A stretch of DNA of 26,453 nt from Cyanobacteria bacterium auto_48_18 (GTDB taxonomy: Bacteria > Cyanobacteriota > Vampirovibrionia > Obscuribacterales > Obscuribacteraceae). Of the stretch, positions 1 to 8,472 are shown piece by piece. The first letter of the stretch is position 1, and each line of letters begins with the position of its first letter. The notes beneath the pieces were generated by a model. That model had not been told where the DNA came from, did not search any database, and saw only the letters and a program-made list of their open reading frames with translations. The stretch is from the NCBI GenBank assembly GCA_036170915.1, contig JAVHQC010000015.1, forward strand, positions 179,898 through 206,350, read 5' to 3'. A program made the translations under genes and the position numbers.

Positions 1-917
1 GCAGCCGGTTTGGCTTTAGCTTTAGCAGCAGGCTTGGCTTTAGCTTTCGCTGAAGCTTTACGACCTGATGCCTTCTTGTTCGCTTGGCTGGATTTTTTAG
101 AGCTATCGCCATTCACAGACAATTCTGGCCACAAATCTTCGGTAGCCTGTAGTTCGGCGCGACGCTGATTAAACTCTTCATTTAGTTCGTCTTGCTCAGG
201 ATAATCTTTGACCTTGGGCAAAATTGAATGCTCTTCTTCTTTTACGTGATGTTCAACCACGTCGGTCAGCACTTTCATCTTGGCTTCGTAAGTGTCGTCT
301 ACCGACGTGAAACTTCTGATTTCCAGAATCAAATTATCGACAATAAAATGCTCTTCGTATCCTTCGAGGACAGGACCCTGTTCAGTGCTGAGAGATTTGA
401 CCGCAGTGTAAACGATTTCTTCTTCCAATTTGCTGTGAATGGTCAATTCTCGAGTGATCGTGCTGCCCAGCTCAAATTTTTCCTGCATTGAGTCACTTTT
501 GGCAAACTCTTTAAACAAACCTTTGACCTTTTTATGGTCATCCTTAAGAGTGTCCACAACGCCTTTTTTGACTTCCGGTTTCGGCTCTTTGGGTTGTTTT
601 GGTTTACGCTCCAGTTTCGACATCATTTCCATGACAATTGGCTGTGAGCCTGCTTTGTTTTCAGACTGATCTTCTTCTTCATTGCTCTGGTCAGGTTCGC
701 CGTCTTTCTGGTCCTGGTCGCTCTTTACAGAGTTGGCATGCTGTTCACCTTGAAGGCGTGATTGGGCTGAATCATCACCTTTCTCGTCTTGACTAGAATT
801 TTGTTCTTTATCCGTCGCGTCAGAATCTTCTTTTTCTTCTTTTCTAAAAGGGTTTTCAACGCCGTGGATTAGCTTAAGAATCGCGTCTTTGGCTGATTCA
901 ATAGGGTGGTCGTCCAT
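1..917 (-). CDS. Hemerythrin (HHE cation-binding) domain protein with acidic low-complexity N-terminus and Lys/Ala/Pro-rich tail; 3' end runs off the window
   Basis: Manual translation from ATG at 917 (GAGG upstream) is open to the window edge: MDDHPIESAKDAILKLIHG...DTLKDDHKKVKGLF...LTIHSKLEEEIVY...GYEEHFIVD...VEHHVKEEE...KASAKAKAKPAAKAKAKPA. The H...HxxxEE...H...HxxxEE pattern is the hemerythrin-like di-iron signature. It is absent from the ORF track because no stop lies in the window. Confidence 0.88.
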   Translation of the reverse strand, partial: MDDHPIESAKDAILKLIHGVENPFRKEEKEDSDATDKEQNSSQDEKGDDSAQSRLQGEQHANSVKSDQDQKDGEPDQSNEEEDQSENKAGSQPIVMEMMSKLERKPKQPKEPKPEVKKGVVDTLKDDHKKVKGLFKEFAKSDSMQEKFELGSTITRELTIHSKLEEEIVYTAVKSLSTEQGPVLEGYEEHFIVDNLILEIRSFTSVDDTYEAKMKVLTDVVEHHVKEEEHSILPKVKDYPEQDELNEEFNQRRAELQATEDLWPELSVNGDSSKKSSQANKKASGRKASAKAKAKPAAKAKAKPA

Positions 918-1022
918 TTTTAATCCTCATTGGCTTGCCCAAGTTGCGACGTTCCCGGAGGCTGTGGGTTCCCCAATTTTGATATTTTTTAGTTAACCGA
1001 CCTCAAGGTCTGAAACTAGAGC

Positions 1023-2849
1023 TTATTGCTTGACATTGCCGGCGTTTTTTAGCTGCAAGTCTAATGTGTTCAAAGTCTCCAGTTGCTCTGCCAGTATGCT
1101 GTCCCAGTGGTCCACCGCTTCCGCGCTTTGCCTCTCTTTTTCTGTTGCCCTAGTTAATGCGGCGGAAATTTCCTGCAGTGAAAAGGCAATTTGCGCTTTG
1201 AATTTGTGCAGAAAATCTTTGGTGGTCTTATTGATTCGCTCCTGAAAATCAGCACGCAAACGCCCGGCGTTGCGACTGAGTTCATTTGCCGCAGCCTTCA
1301 AAAACCTGGCCCTGATTATGGGGCGCGCCAGTGGAGCCGGCAGAAGTAAGGGCAAAGATTCAACTGCAAGAGTGAATGGGTCGTCTACAGCGTACCGATG
1401 CCTGCTTTCACAGGTAAGCGGTTCAAGTTCAAAGTGACTGCAAGTTTCAATGCCAAAATGGGTCTTAGTTAATTGCCGAATCTGCTCAATGATCAAATTG
1501 CCTTGAATGGTAAAGCGGGCTGTAATTTTCTCAAAACTACTTGCCACTTCAGTCTCTTCTAAAAGGCGCCACTGGTCAAAAATGCTTTGCATTTGCTGCA
1601 TTAGCTCTTGATGCAATGACTTAATCAAATCGCTTTTGCCCTGCGATTGATGGGTCAAATAGCAAGCATCTATTTTGCCGACTAGCTTTTGTTTGTTATC
1701 TTCTACAAACTGGTGCAAATGCTGCTCAATGGTATTAAGCAATTGAGCAGTCTCGCCGCGTACGATAAATTCTGCATCGGTTTCTTCTTGCAAAATTTTT
1801 GTTGTCGCAGCTTCAAACTCGCTGATGGTGTTTCGCAACTGATCAAGCGGCAGTCGCCTGCTGTGTTGTTCAAGTCTGAGAAGCTGTCTGGTGCCATCCA
1901 CTTCTCGAGTCAGGCGCCCGGCGGTAGCCTCAACTAAAGTCTGAGCTTTGCCCTGAGCGAGAAAATGCATAATTTCATCTTTTAGAGCAGCAAAACAATC
2001 GCCATATTCTTCTTCAGGTGTGTGGGCTGAATTCGATTCGTCGAAATGCAGAGAAATTTGCCGCAAATTTCTCTGCGTTTTAGCATCGCCGCTTCGAAGG
2101 GTCAGCGCCGCTCGGGCAGAAATGGGATAGATCGTCACTGCTACACCCAGAGCAGTTTCTACAGTCTTGCTTAAGTAGGCCAGCGACTGGTCTAGTTCTG
2201 CATTCGCCAGATAATCAATTTTATTCTGCACTAAAAATAGTTTTGGCGTCTGGGCACTGACCTCTTTCAAAAAATTCAATTCTGCTTGGCTGGCCGGCTG
2301 GTCTGCGCTGAACATGAAAATGGCGGCATCAATTTGCGGTAAATAATCGTAAGTAGTTTTTGTATTATGGGTGTTGGCAGAACCAACTCCAGGCGTATCA
2401 ATAATGCGCACTCCGTCTTTAAGAAACTGAGATGGATGCTCAATTTCAACCACAGATACTTGTTTGCAATTGTTTGGATTTTCACTTTCGCTGACATAAT
2501 CTTTTAAATTTTCAGCAGCTATTTCTTCTCGGGCACCATTAATGAAAATGACATTAACAACGGTTTTGGGCCCAGACGAAATTATGGTGGTTACAGAAGT
2601 AAGTGGTATCACTGCTGTGGGCAAAAGCGATTCTCTGATCAAGGCGTTTACCAGCGTAGATTTGCCACGCTTGAATTCACCTACCACGGCTAGGTTGAAG
2701 GTTGCACTGGCCAATTTATCGGCCAAATGCCGTGCCCTTTCACCAGCCGCTTTGTCGTCACGCTGGCGAGCTAATTCAGCTAATTGGTGGGCAGTAGCAA
2801 GAAGTGATTCCTTAGATCGGGTGAATTGATCTAAGGCTAAATCATGCAT
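1023..2849 (-). CDS. Bacterial dynamin-like GTPase (DLP/CrfC-like), about 608 aa
   Basis: G1 GEFKRGKST, G2 PLTS, G3 DTPG, G4 NKID, followed by a long helical C-terminal region. The likely start is ATG 2849 (MHDLALDQF), overlapping the proS stop (ATGCATGA), rather than 2969. Confidence 0.9.
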   Translation of the reverse strand: MHDLALDQFTRSKESLLATAHQLAELARQRDDKAAGERARHLADKLASATFNLAVVGEFKRGKSTLVNALIRESLLPTAVIPLTSVTTIISSGPKTVVNVIFINGAREEIAAENLKDYVSESENPNNCKQVSVVEIEHPSQFLKDGVRIIDTPGVGSANTHNTKTTYDYLPQIDAAIFMFSADQPASQAELNFLKEVSAQTPKLFLVQNKIDYLANAELDQSLAYLSKTVETALGVAVTIYPISARAALTLRSGDAKTQRNLRQISLHFDESNSAHTPEEEYGDCFAALKDEIMHFLAQGKAQTLVEATAGRLTREVDGTRQLLRLEQHSRRLPLDQLRNTISEFEAATTKILQEETDAEFIVRGETAQLLNTIEQHLHQFVEDNKQKLVGKIDACYLTHQSQGKSDLIKSLHQELMQQMQSIFDQWRLLEETEVASSFEKITARFTIQGNLIIEQIRQLTKTHFGIETCSHFELEPLTCESRHRYAVDDPFTLAVESLPLLLPAPLARPIIRARFLKAAANELSRNAGRLRADFQERINKTTKDFLHKFKAQIAFSLQEISAALTRATEKERQSAEAVDHWDSILAEQLETLNTLDLQLKNAGNVKQ

Positions 2850-4578
2850 TTTCTTCAGGCCGTAAGAGCGCGACAATTTTTTCAAAAGCTTGATCGGCTG
2901 CAATTTCTTCTTGCTGTCGGCCGCGGCGAGTAAGAAATTCCACTTTATGATCTTTGAGTTTTTTGCCAACTGTCACCCTGTAAGGAATGCCTATTAGCTC
3001 ACTTTCTGCGAACTTAATTCCGGCGCGCTCGTCGCGGTCATCAAACAAAACTTCTATGCCGCGCTTCTGCAAGCTCTCGTAAAGCTTTTCTGCATATTCA
3101 ACCATGGTGGCATCGCGCACGTCGGTGAGTGTGATTACCACCTCATATGGTGCTATGGTCGGGTGCCAGACGATGCCTTTTTCGTCATTAGAGGTTTCGA
3201 TACAGGCCGCCATCAGCCTCTCTACACCAATGCCATAACTGCCCATTACAAGTGGGCGTTTCTCACCTTTGGCATCGAGCACATTAGCTCCCATACTTTG
3301 CGAATATTTTAGACCGAGTTTGAAAATGTGGCCGATTTCTAGACCCTTGCTAAATTTTAGAGCGCCAGCACATTTAGCACAGGGCTCGCCTTCTTTAACT
3401 GTGCGTAGATCGGCATATTGTTCAACTTGCATGTCACGGGCCAGCCATACGTGGCGATAGTGAAAATCATCATCATTGGCGCCCGTAACCATATCGCTGG
3501 CGCCCTCAAGTTCAAGGTCGGCGATTACACCTTTGATGGCCGGATTATCTTTTGCCGTCACACCCACAGCACCAAGAGAACCAGGGTGGGCACCTAGTGC
3601 TTTGAAAATTTCGTCTTCAGTGGCAGGGCGCAAGTCAGAACTGCCTGTTACTTCCATCAACTTGCTCAAATTCAATTCATGGTCGCCGCGCAGCAAAAAT
3701 AGTTTTAGTTCACCAGCCACACTGTATACCAGTGTTTTGACCTGGCGCTCAGCGAGAGCACCACCATCAAACCGCACCAGATCTTCAATGGTGCGCACTT
3801 GCGGCGTGGGAAATTTTTCCAATTTTTCGGCGGCCGACTGAGGCGGATTTATTTTGACACTGGCGGCAATTGCCTTTTCTAGGTTGGCTGCATAGTTGCA
3901 TGAGCTGCAAGTGACAATCAAATCTTCACCACTTTCGCTGAGCACCATGAACTCAACTGACTGGCTGCCTCCCATGGCGCCCGAGCTTGCTTCGACCATC
4001 AAATAAGGAAGGCCCAGGCTGGCAAAAACATTGCAATAAGCTTGTCGGTGTGCTTCAAAAGAAATATCGAGCCCATCAAAATCTAAATCGAAAGAGTATG
4101 AGTCTTTCATTGTAAATTCGCGCACTCTAAGAAGCCCAGCTTTGGGTCTCAATTCGTCGCGAAATTTGGTTTGGAACTGATACCATATTTGGGGCAACTG
4201 TTTATATGATTGTAGTCCGTCGCGACTGATGGCCGTGAACACTTCTTCGTGAGTGGTGCCCAGCACCAGGGCCGCTCCCTTCCTGTCTTTGAGGGTGAAC
4301 ATAATTTCGCCCATGGTTTCAAGGCGCCCCGTTTCTTGCCATATCTCGGCTGGGTGGAGAGCGGGCAGTAAAAATTCTTGGGCCGATATCGCTGTCATTT
4401 CTTTGCGAATGGCTTGAATTACTTTGAGTCTGACTCGGTAGGCGAGCGGTAATAAATTATAGATGCCGGCGCCAAGCGGCCTGATATAACCGCCTCTGAG
4501 TAATAGCTTGTGGCTGATACTTTCAGCGTGTGCTGGATCCTCTTTCAGAGTCGGTATAAAAAGTTTTGACCAGCGCAT
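2842..4578 (-). CDS. proS: Prolyl-tRNA synthetase (bacterial type, with INS editing domain)
   Basis: MRWSKLFIPTLKEDP start; motif 2 FRDELRPKAGLLRVREFTMKDSYSF; INS domain VKTLVY...LLRGDHELN...GSLG; motif 3 MGSYGIGVERL; anticodon-binding DDRDERAGIKF. Confidence 0.98.
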   Translation of the reverse strand: MRWSKLFIPTLKEDPAHAESISHKLLLRGGYIRPLGAGIYNLLPLAYRVRLKVIQAIRKEMTAISAQEFLLPALHPAEIWQETGRLETMGEIMFTLKDRKGAALVLGTTHEEVFTAISRDGLQSYKQLPQIWYQFQTKFRDELRPKAGLLRVREFTMKDSYSFDLDFDGLDISFEAHRQAYCNVFASLGLPYLMVEASSGAMGGSQSVEFMVLSESGEDLIVTCSSCNYAANLEKAIAASVKINPPQSAAEKLEKFPTPQVRTIEDLVRFDGGALAERQVKTLVYSVAGELKLFLLRGDHELNLSKLMEVTGSSDLRPATEDEIFKALGAHPGSLGAVGVTAKDNPAIKGVIADLELEGASDMVTGANDDDFHYRHVWLARDMQVEQYADLRTVKEGEPCAKCAGALKFSKGLEIGHIFKLGLKYSQSMGANVLDAKGEKRPLVMGSYGIGVERLMAACIETSNDEKGIVWHPTIAPYEVVITLTDVRDATMVEYAEKLYESLQKRGIEVLFDDRDERAGIKFAESELIGIPYRVTVGKKLKDHKVEFLTRRGRQQEEIAADQAFEKIVALLRPEENA

Positions 4579-4589
4579 ATTTTTCCAAT

Positions 4590-5531
4590 TTAGTTTTGAG
4601 TGAGAGCTTTTTGTCTATCGGCTTTAGCTTTGCTATGGTCGCCCATTTTATCCCAGAGGTCTGCTCGAGCTTCAAAATATTTGGAATTGGGCTCGAGGGC
4701 AATGACTTTGTCCCAGTCTTTCATGGCATCTTTAAGCTTACCCATGGTGGTAAACATTCTGGCTCTGTCTGAATAAAGGGTTTCATCTTCCGGTTCTTTC
4801 GCAATCAACATATTCATGATTGCCAGGCATTCAGCAGGCTTGCCTGCCTTCAAATAGCATTTAGCCCGCCGCACTTTAACTGACGGCTTGCGATTGACCT
4901 GCTCTAAGCTGGTCAAGATCTTGATTGCTTTATCATATTGATGGCCATTTTCAAGAAAAGTAGCATATTCGTCGAGAACTTTAGGGTTCTGAAGACGCAT
5001 GGGGCCTGTTGCTAGAAATTTCTCGTAATCGGCCAGAGCTTCTTTATCTTGATGTAAATTGCTTCTAGCAATAGCGCGTGATTTATAGGCGTGTGGTGTT
5101 GGGTTAGGCACAGCCAGGGCGCGATTGCAATAATCTATTTGTGTTTTCCAGTCGCCGTCGATACCTGCCAGTTCTCCCATTTTGCGCAGAGCGTCGCTGT
5201 TTTTAGGGTCGATAGCCAGAGCCTTGCTAAAGCATTGACGCGCTACTTTGCTGGTGCCGTCCATGATCGTCATGTCTTCATGCGCTACGCCCAGCAAATA
5301 CCAGGCCCTGGCGTTGCCCGGTTCTTTTTTTACAATTTTGTCGAGCACACCTATGGCCAGCTCCGCTTTGTCTGCCTTAACGAGCATTTCCGCCTGCTCC
5401 ATAGGGATGCGCACCTTCAAGGCCGCATTAGCTGGGGCTGCCGTAGTGGGCTGGGCGCCGCACAAAAAGCCCGAAAAAAGAACGGCCAGAAATAACGAGC
5501 CCTGAAGTGTGAACGACTTATACATATTCAT
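4590..5531 (-). CDS. Secreted tetratricopeptide-repeat protein
   Basis: N-terminal hydrophobic signal and multiple TPR-like units (EPGNARAWYLLG, ALAIDPKNSDAL, VIALEPNSKYFEARA). It ends 11 nt before proS. Confidence 0.85.
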   Translation of the reverse strand: MNMYKSFTLQGSLFLAVLFSGFLCGAQPTTAAPANAALKVRIPMEQAEMLVKADKAELAIGVLDKIVKKEPGNARAWYLLGVAHEDMTIMDGTSKVARQCFSKALAIDPKNSDALRKMGELAGIDGDWKTQIDYCNRALAVPNPTPHAYKSRAIARSNLHQDKEALADYEKFLATGPMRLQNPKVLDEYATFLENGHQYDKAIKILTSLEQVNRKPSVKVRRAKCYLKAGKPAECLAIMNMLIAKEPEDETLYSDRARMFTTMGKLKDAMKDWDKVIALEPNSKYFEARADLWDKMGDHSKAKADRQKALTQN

Positions 5532-5595
5532 AGCGGTGATTTTAACATCTATAGAAAGAACTATAATTTGAGCCTAGTGCTCAAAGGTCTTGTCA

Positions 5596-7230
5596 ATGGA
5601 AATTGTCTGCGAATCCGCTTTTCCTGTTCTCACCCAGGCAGAACTGCTGCTGATGGCTCCACTGGCAAGCAGCGAACAGTTTTCCTCAGGGGAGTATTTG
5701 TTCAAAAGCGGTCAGGAAAAAATAGATTTATTCATCGTTGAAAGCGGCCAGGTTGATATGGTCAATCCGCGCCGAGGCAACGAGTTAATAGTCAGCCATC
5801 GTGTCGGCCAATTTTCGGGCGACATTGATTTATTGACACGGCGGCCGGTTCTACTATCAGCGATTGCTGTAGGTGACACTCGCGTTTTGCGCGTTAAAAA
5901 TGACCATGTAAGAGATGTTCTGCTAAAAATTCCGCACCTGTCTGACAAGCTTCTGAACGCTTTTCAGTTACGGCGGGAACTTCTCAGTCAGGCTAAAGAC
6001 ATTGGTTTGAAAATTTTGGGGCCAGCCATGTGCTCTGATACCAATATGATTCGCGAATTTTTGCATAAAAACTTTGTGCCATTTACCTGGCAAGACACCA
6101 CAGAGCGGGCAGATGACGGGCATCAGCAAGTTTGTCTGGCTGGAGAACCATCTGTTACTTGTGCCGACGGCACGGTTTTGAGCAGGCCAACCTTACGCCA
6201 AGTCGCTGTTGGTGCAGGAATGTGGCAGCATTGCCCCAGTCAGGCAATTGATTTTGCCGTAATTGGCGCTGGCCCGGCCGGTTTAGCGGCGGCTGTGTAT
6301 GCGGCATCAGAAGGGCTTTCCACTCTTGTGCTTGATCGCCTCGGCCCCGGCGGACAAGCTGGCGGCTCATCGAAAATCGAGAATTTTATGGGCTTTCCTT
6401 CAGGCATTTCTGGCACAGATCTGGCTACCAGAGGATCTTTGCAAATGCTCAAGTTTGGTGCTGAGATTATTGCGCCCGTTTCAGTTACTGATATTGCCCC
6501 TGGTGCCACAGAGCATGATCCGGTGCAGCTCACCCTTGACTGCGGTGCTGTTATAAGCGCCCAGGTGGTGCTGGTGGCAAGTGGAGTGGTCTGGCGTAAA
6601 TTAGAAGCTAAAGGCGCACGGCGTTTTGAACGTGCCGGTGTTTACTATGCTTGCACTACTGTTGAGGCGGTGCTTCACGATAATAGTGATGTGGCGGTGG
6701 TTGGCGCAGGTAATTCTGCTGGTCAGGCGGCTACTTTTCTCGCTGATTGCTGCCCAGAGCGACAGGTGCATTTGATTATTCGCGGCAAATTAGGACCTAA
6801 AATGTCTGATTATTTGTGCGCACGCATCCGTGCCAACCCCCGCATAACGGTGCACGAAGAAACCGAAATCACTGAGGTTATGGGAGTCAGTTTTATTGAA
6901 TCAGTATTATTGAGTAAAAAAGGTTCTCAATCAGTACCACTTGTGGTATCAGCAATTTTTGTCTTCATCGGTTCTGAATCTTCCGCTGAGTGGATACCTG
7001 AGACCATCGCCCGGGACAGCGATGGCTTTTTGTTAACCGGCCCTGATGTAGAAAAGGCCGGTGTTTGGCCTCTAGCCTATCGTGAGCCCTGCCCGCTTGA
7101 GACGTCTATGCCCCGAGTACTGGCTGCCGGTGACATTCGTTCAGGTACTACCAAGCGGGTTGGCTTTGCTGTGGGAGACGGTTCTCACGCAGTTAGTTGC
7201 GTGCACCGCTTGCGCAGCATCATTCGCTAG
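5596..7230 (+). CDS. Cyclic-nucleotide-binding domain fused to a thioredoxin-reductase-like FAD/NAD(P)H oxidoreductase
   Basis: N-terminal cNMP fold (FSSGEYLFKSG...LFIVESGQV...GQFSGDIDLL); FAD motif VIGAGPAGLAAA; GGQAGGSSKIENFMGFPSGISG; NAD(P)H motif VVGAGNSAGQAA; C-terminal AAGDIRSG...VGFAVGDG. Start is ATG 5596 or TTG 5590. Confidence 0.9.
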   Translation: MEIVCESAFPVLTQAELLLMAPLASSEQFSSGEYLFKSGQEKIDLFIVESGQVDMVNPRRGNELIVSHRVGQFSGDIDLLTRRPVLLSAIAVGDTRVLRVKNDHVRDVLLKIPHLSDKLLNAFQLRRELLSQAKDIGLKILGPAMCSDTNMIREFLHKNFVPFTWQDTTERADDGHQQVCLAGEPSVTCADGTVLSRPTLRQVAVGAGMWQHCPSQAIDFAVIGAGPAGLAAAVYAASEGLSTLVLDRLGPGGQAGGSSKIENFMGFPSGISGTDLATRGSLQMLKFGAEIIAPVSVTDIAPGATEHDPVQLTLDCGAVISAQVVLVASGVVWRKLEAKGARRFERAGVYYACTTVEAVLHDNSDVAVVGAGNSAGQAATFLADCCPERQVHLIIRGKLGPKMSDYLCARIRANPRITVHEETEITEVMGVSFIESVLLSKKGSQSVPLVVSAIFVFIGSESSAEWIPETIARDSDGFLLTGPDVEKAGVWPLAYREPCPLETSMPRVLAAGDIRSGTTKRVGFAVGDGSHAVSCVHRLRSIIR

Positions 7231-7528
7231 TTGAGCTGGGTAAGCAAAACTTACATAAGTTCACTGAACTTTGCCAAAAAAGCTTCGGCACCGTCAGCAG
7301 TGCGTGTCTGCATACCTGCACTATAACGGGCTTTCCGCCTTTGTGAATTTGATGAAGTGACACGGGAACCTTTTTGATTCTGTAACAAAAGCTTGTCAGA
7401 CACCAGGTTGACACTTAGGCTTGTGTTGAGGACATCCTCAATGATCGCTATCAGTTCTATCGTTCATCGTTACTAGCGTTACACACGAGAACCTTTGGTG
7501 ATGCTCACTCCATAGGGAGACATCTATT

Positions 7529-8452
7529 ATGTACGAAACAAAAACAACCAGCCAATCAAACAATCAGCGAAAATATAGTGCAGTGAAAACCAAACTGGTG
7601 ATCACCGATGTAGACGGCACGCTGGCCTCTTTCTGGGACTATTTCGTGCCTGCTATGCGCGATTTTCTCAGAGATCTGAGCAGCAGCAGCAACAAGCCTG
7701 TGCATGAACTGGCTCAAGATATTGGTCATATCATCGAAAGACGGGGCAGTCATGAATACCCATGGCTGTTGGAAGAAACTAGTTTTGCCTGGTCTTATTT
7801 CGAAAAAGATCCTGCGACTTTTACCAGAGACTATGTAAAACCATTCTGGGAAGCCCTCGACCACAACCGCTCGAAATATCTCCATGCTTATCCGCGAGTG
7901 CTTGACACTTTGGCTGAGCTGAAAAGTCGCGGTGTAAAAATCGTGGCTCTTAGTGACGCACCAGAGTACATGGCGAGAGTGCGTAACCAACAAGTATTTG
8001 ATGGTTTGCTCGATGCCGTTTATTCCCTTGAGACCGTTGAGCCTGACAAAGACGATATCTTCCATCCGATATCGCTTGCTCATGGCCGTGAGCGCGTCAA
8101 ACAGCTGCGCCAATCAACTGCAAATTTGAAAACAGCTTTGCACATTTTGCCTCAGTCTTATGAAAAACCATGTGCCGCTGGTCTTGATCGAATTCTTCAA
8201 GATTTTGAAGTATTCCCTCAAGAGTGTCTTTTCGTCGGCGATAGTCTGGCAAAAGATGGCATGGTGGCGGCCTCACGTGGCATTCCATTTATCTGGGCTC
8301 ACTATGGCACCAGCTTGCCTGCTGAGTACGAAGAAATGGTCAATCGCTCCCTCAAACCGCCAATTCAAGATCGTTTTCAACGTACACTGCCGCAAGAACT
8401 TATCACCGCCGTGGCAGCACGGTACGATGAAATTTTGCACTTTGTGGTTTAA
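7529..8452 (+). CDS. HAD-superfamily hydrolase (phosphatase-like)
   Basis: Motif I ITDVDGTL, motif II ALSD, motif III EKP, motif IV FVGDSLAKD; GGGAGA RBS upstream of the ATG. Confidence 0.9.
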   Translation: MYETKTTSQSNNQRKYSAVKTKLVITDVDGTLASFWDYFVPAMRDFLRDLSSSSNKPVHELAQDIGHIIERRGSHEYPWLLEETSFAWSYFEKDPATFTRDYVKPFWEALDHNRSKYLHAYPRVLDTLAELKSRGVKIVALSDAPEYMARVRNQQVFDGLLDAVYSLETVEPDKDDIFHPISLAHGRERVKQLRQSTANLKTALHILPQSYEKPCAAGLDRILQDFEVFPQECLFVGDSLAKDGMVAASRGIPFIWAHYGTSLPAEYEEMVNRSLKPPIQDRFQRTLPQELITAVAARYDEILHFVV

Positions 8453-8472
8453 GTCTCGCGCAAACCAATAAC

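Noticed and set aside
228..669. Plus-strand ORFs 228-491 and 439-669
   Set aside because: They are antisense shadows of the hemerythrin gene and show no recognisable motifs.
2850..2969. 40-aa N-terminal extension of the dynamin ORF
   Set aside because: It lies inside proS in another frame; ATG 2849 coupled to the proS stop is more plausible.
3579..3593. ProRS INS-domain loop region reading GAHPGSLGA instead of the usual GSLGP
   Set aside because: It is a single substitution and the conserved Lys (VKT) is intact, so there is not enough to claim loss of editing.
7220..7528. ORF 7220-7414 and short inverted repeats (TGTCA-N10-TGACA; TTGAGG-ACAT-CCTCAA at 7426-7441)
   Set aside because: The ORF has no RBS or motif support, and the repeats are short and match no RNA family I can recognise.
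7556..8113. 185-aa antisense ORF
   Set aside because: It lies fully opposite the well-supported HAD gene.
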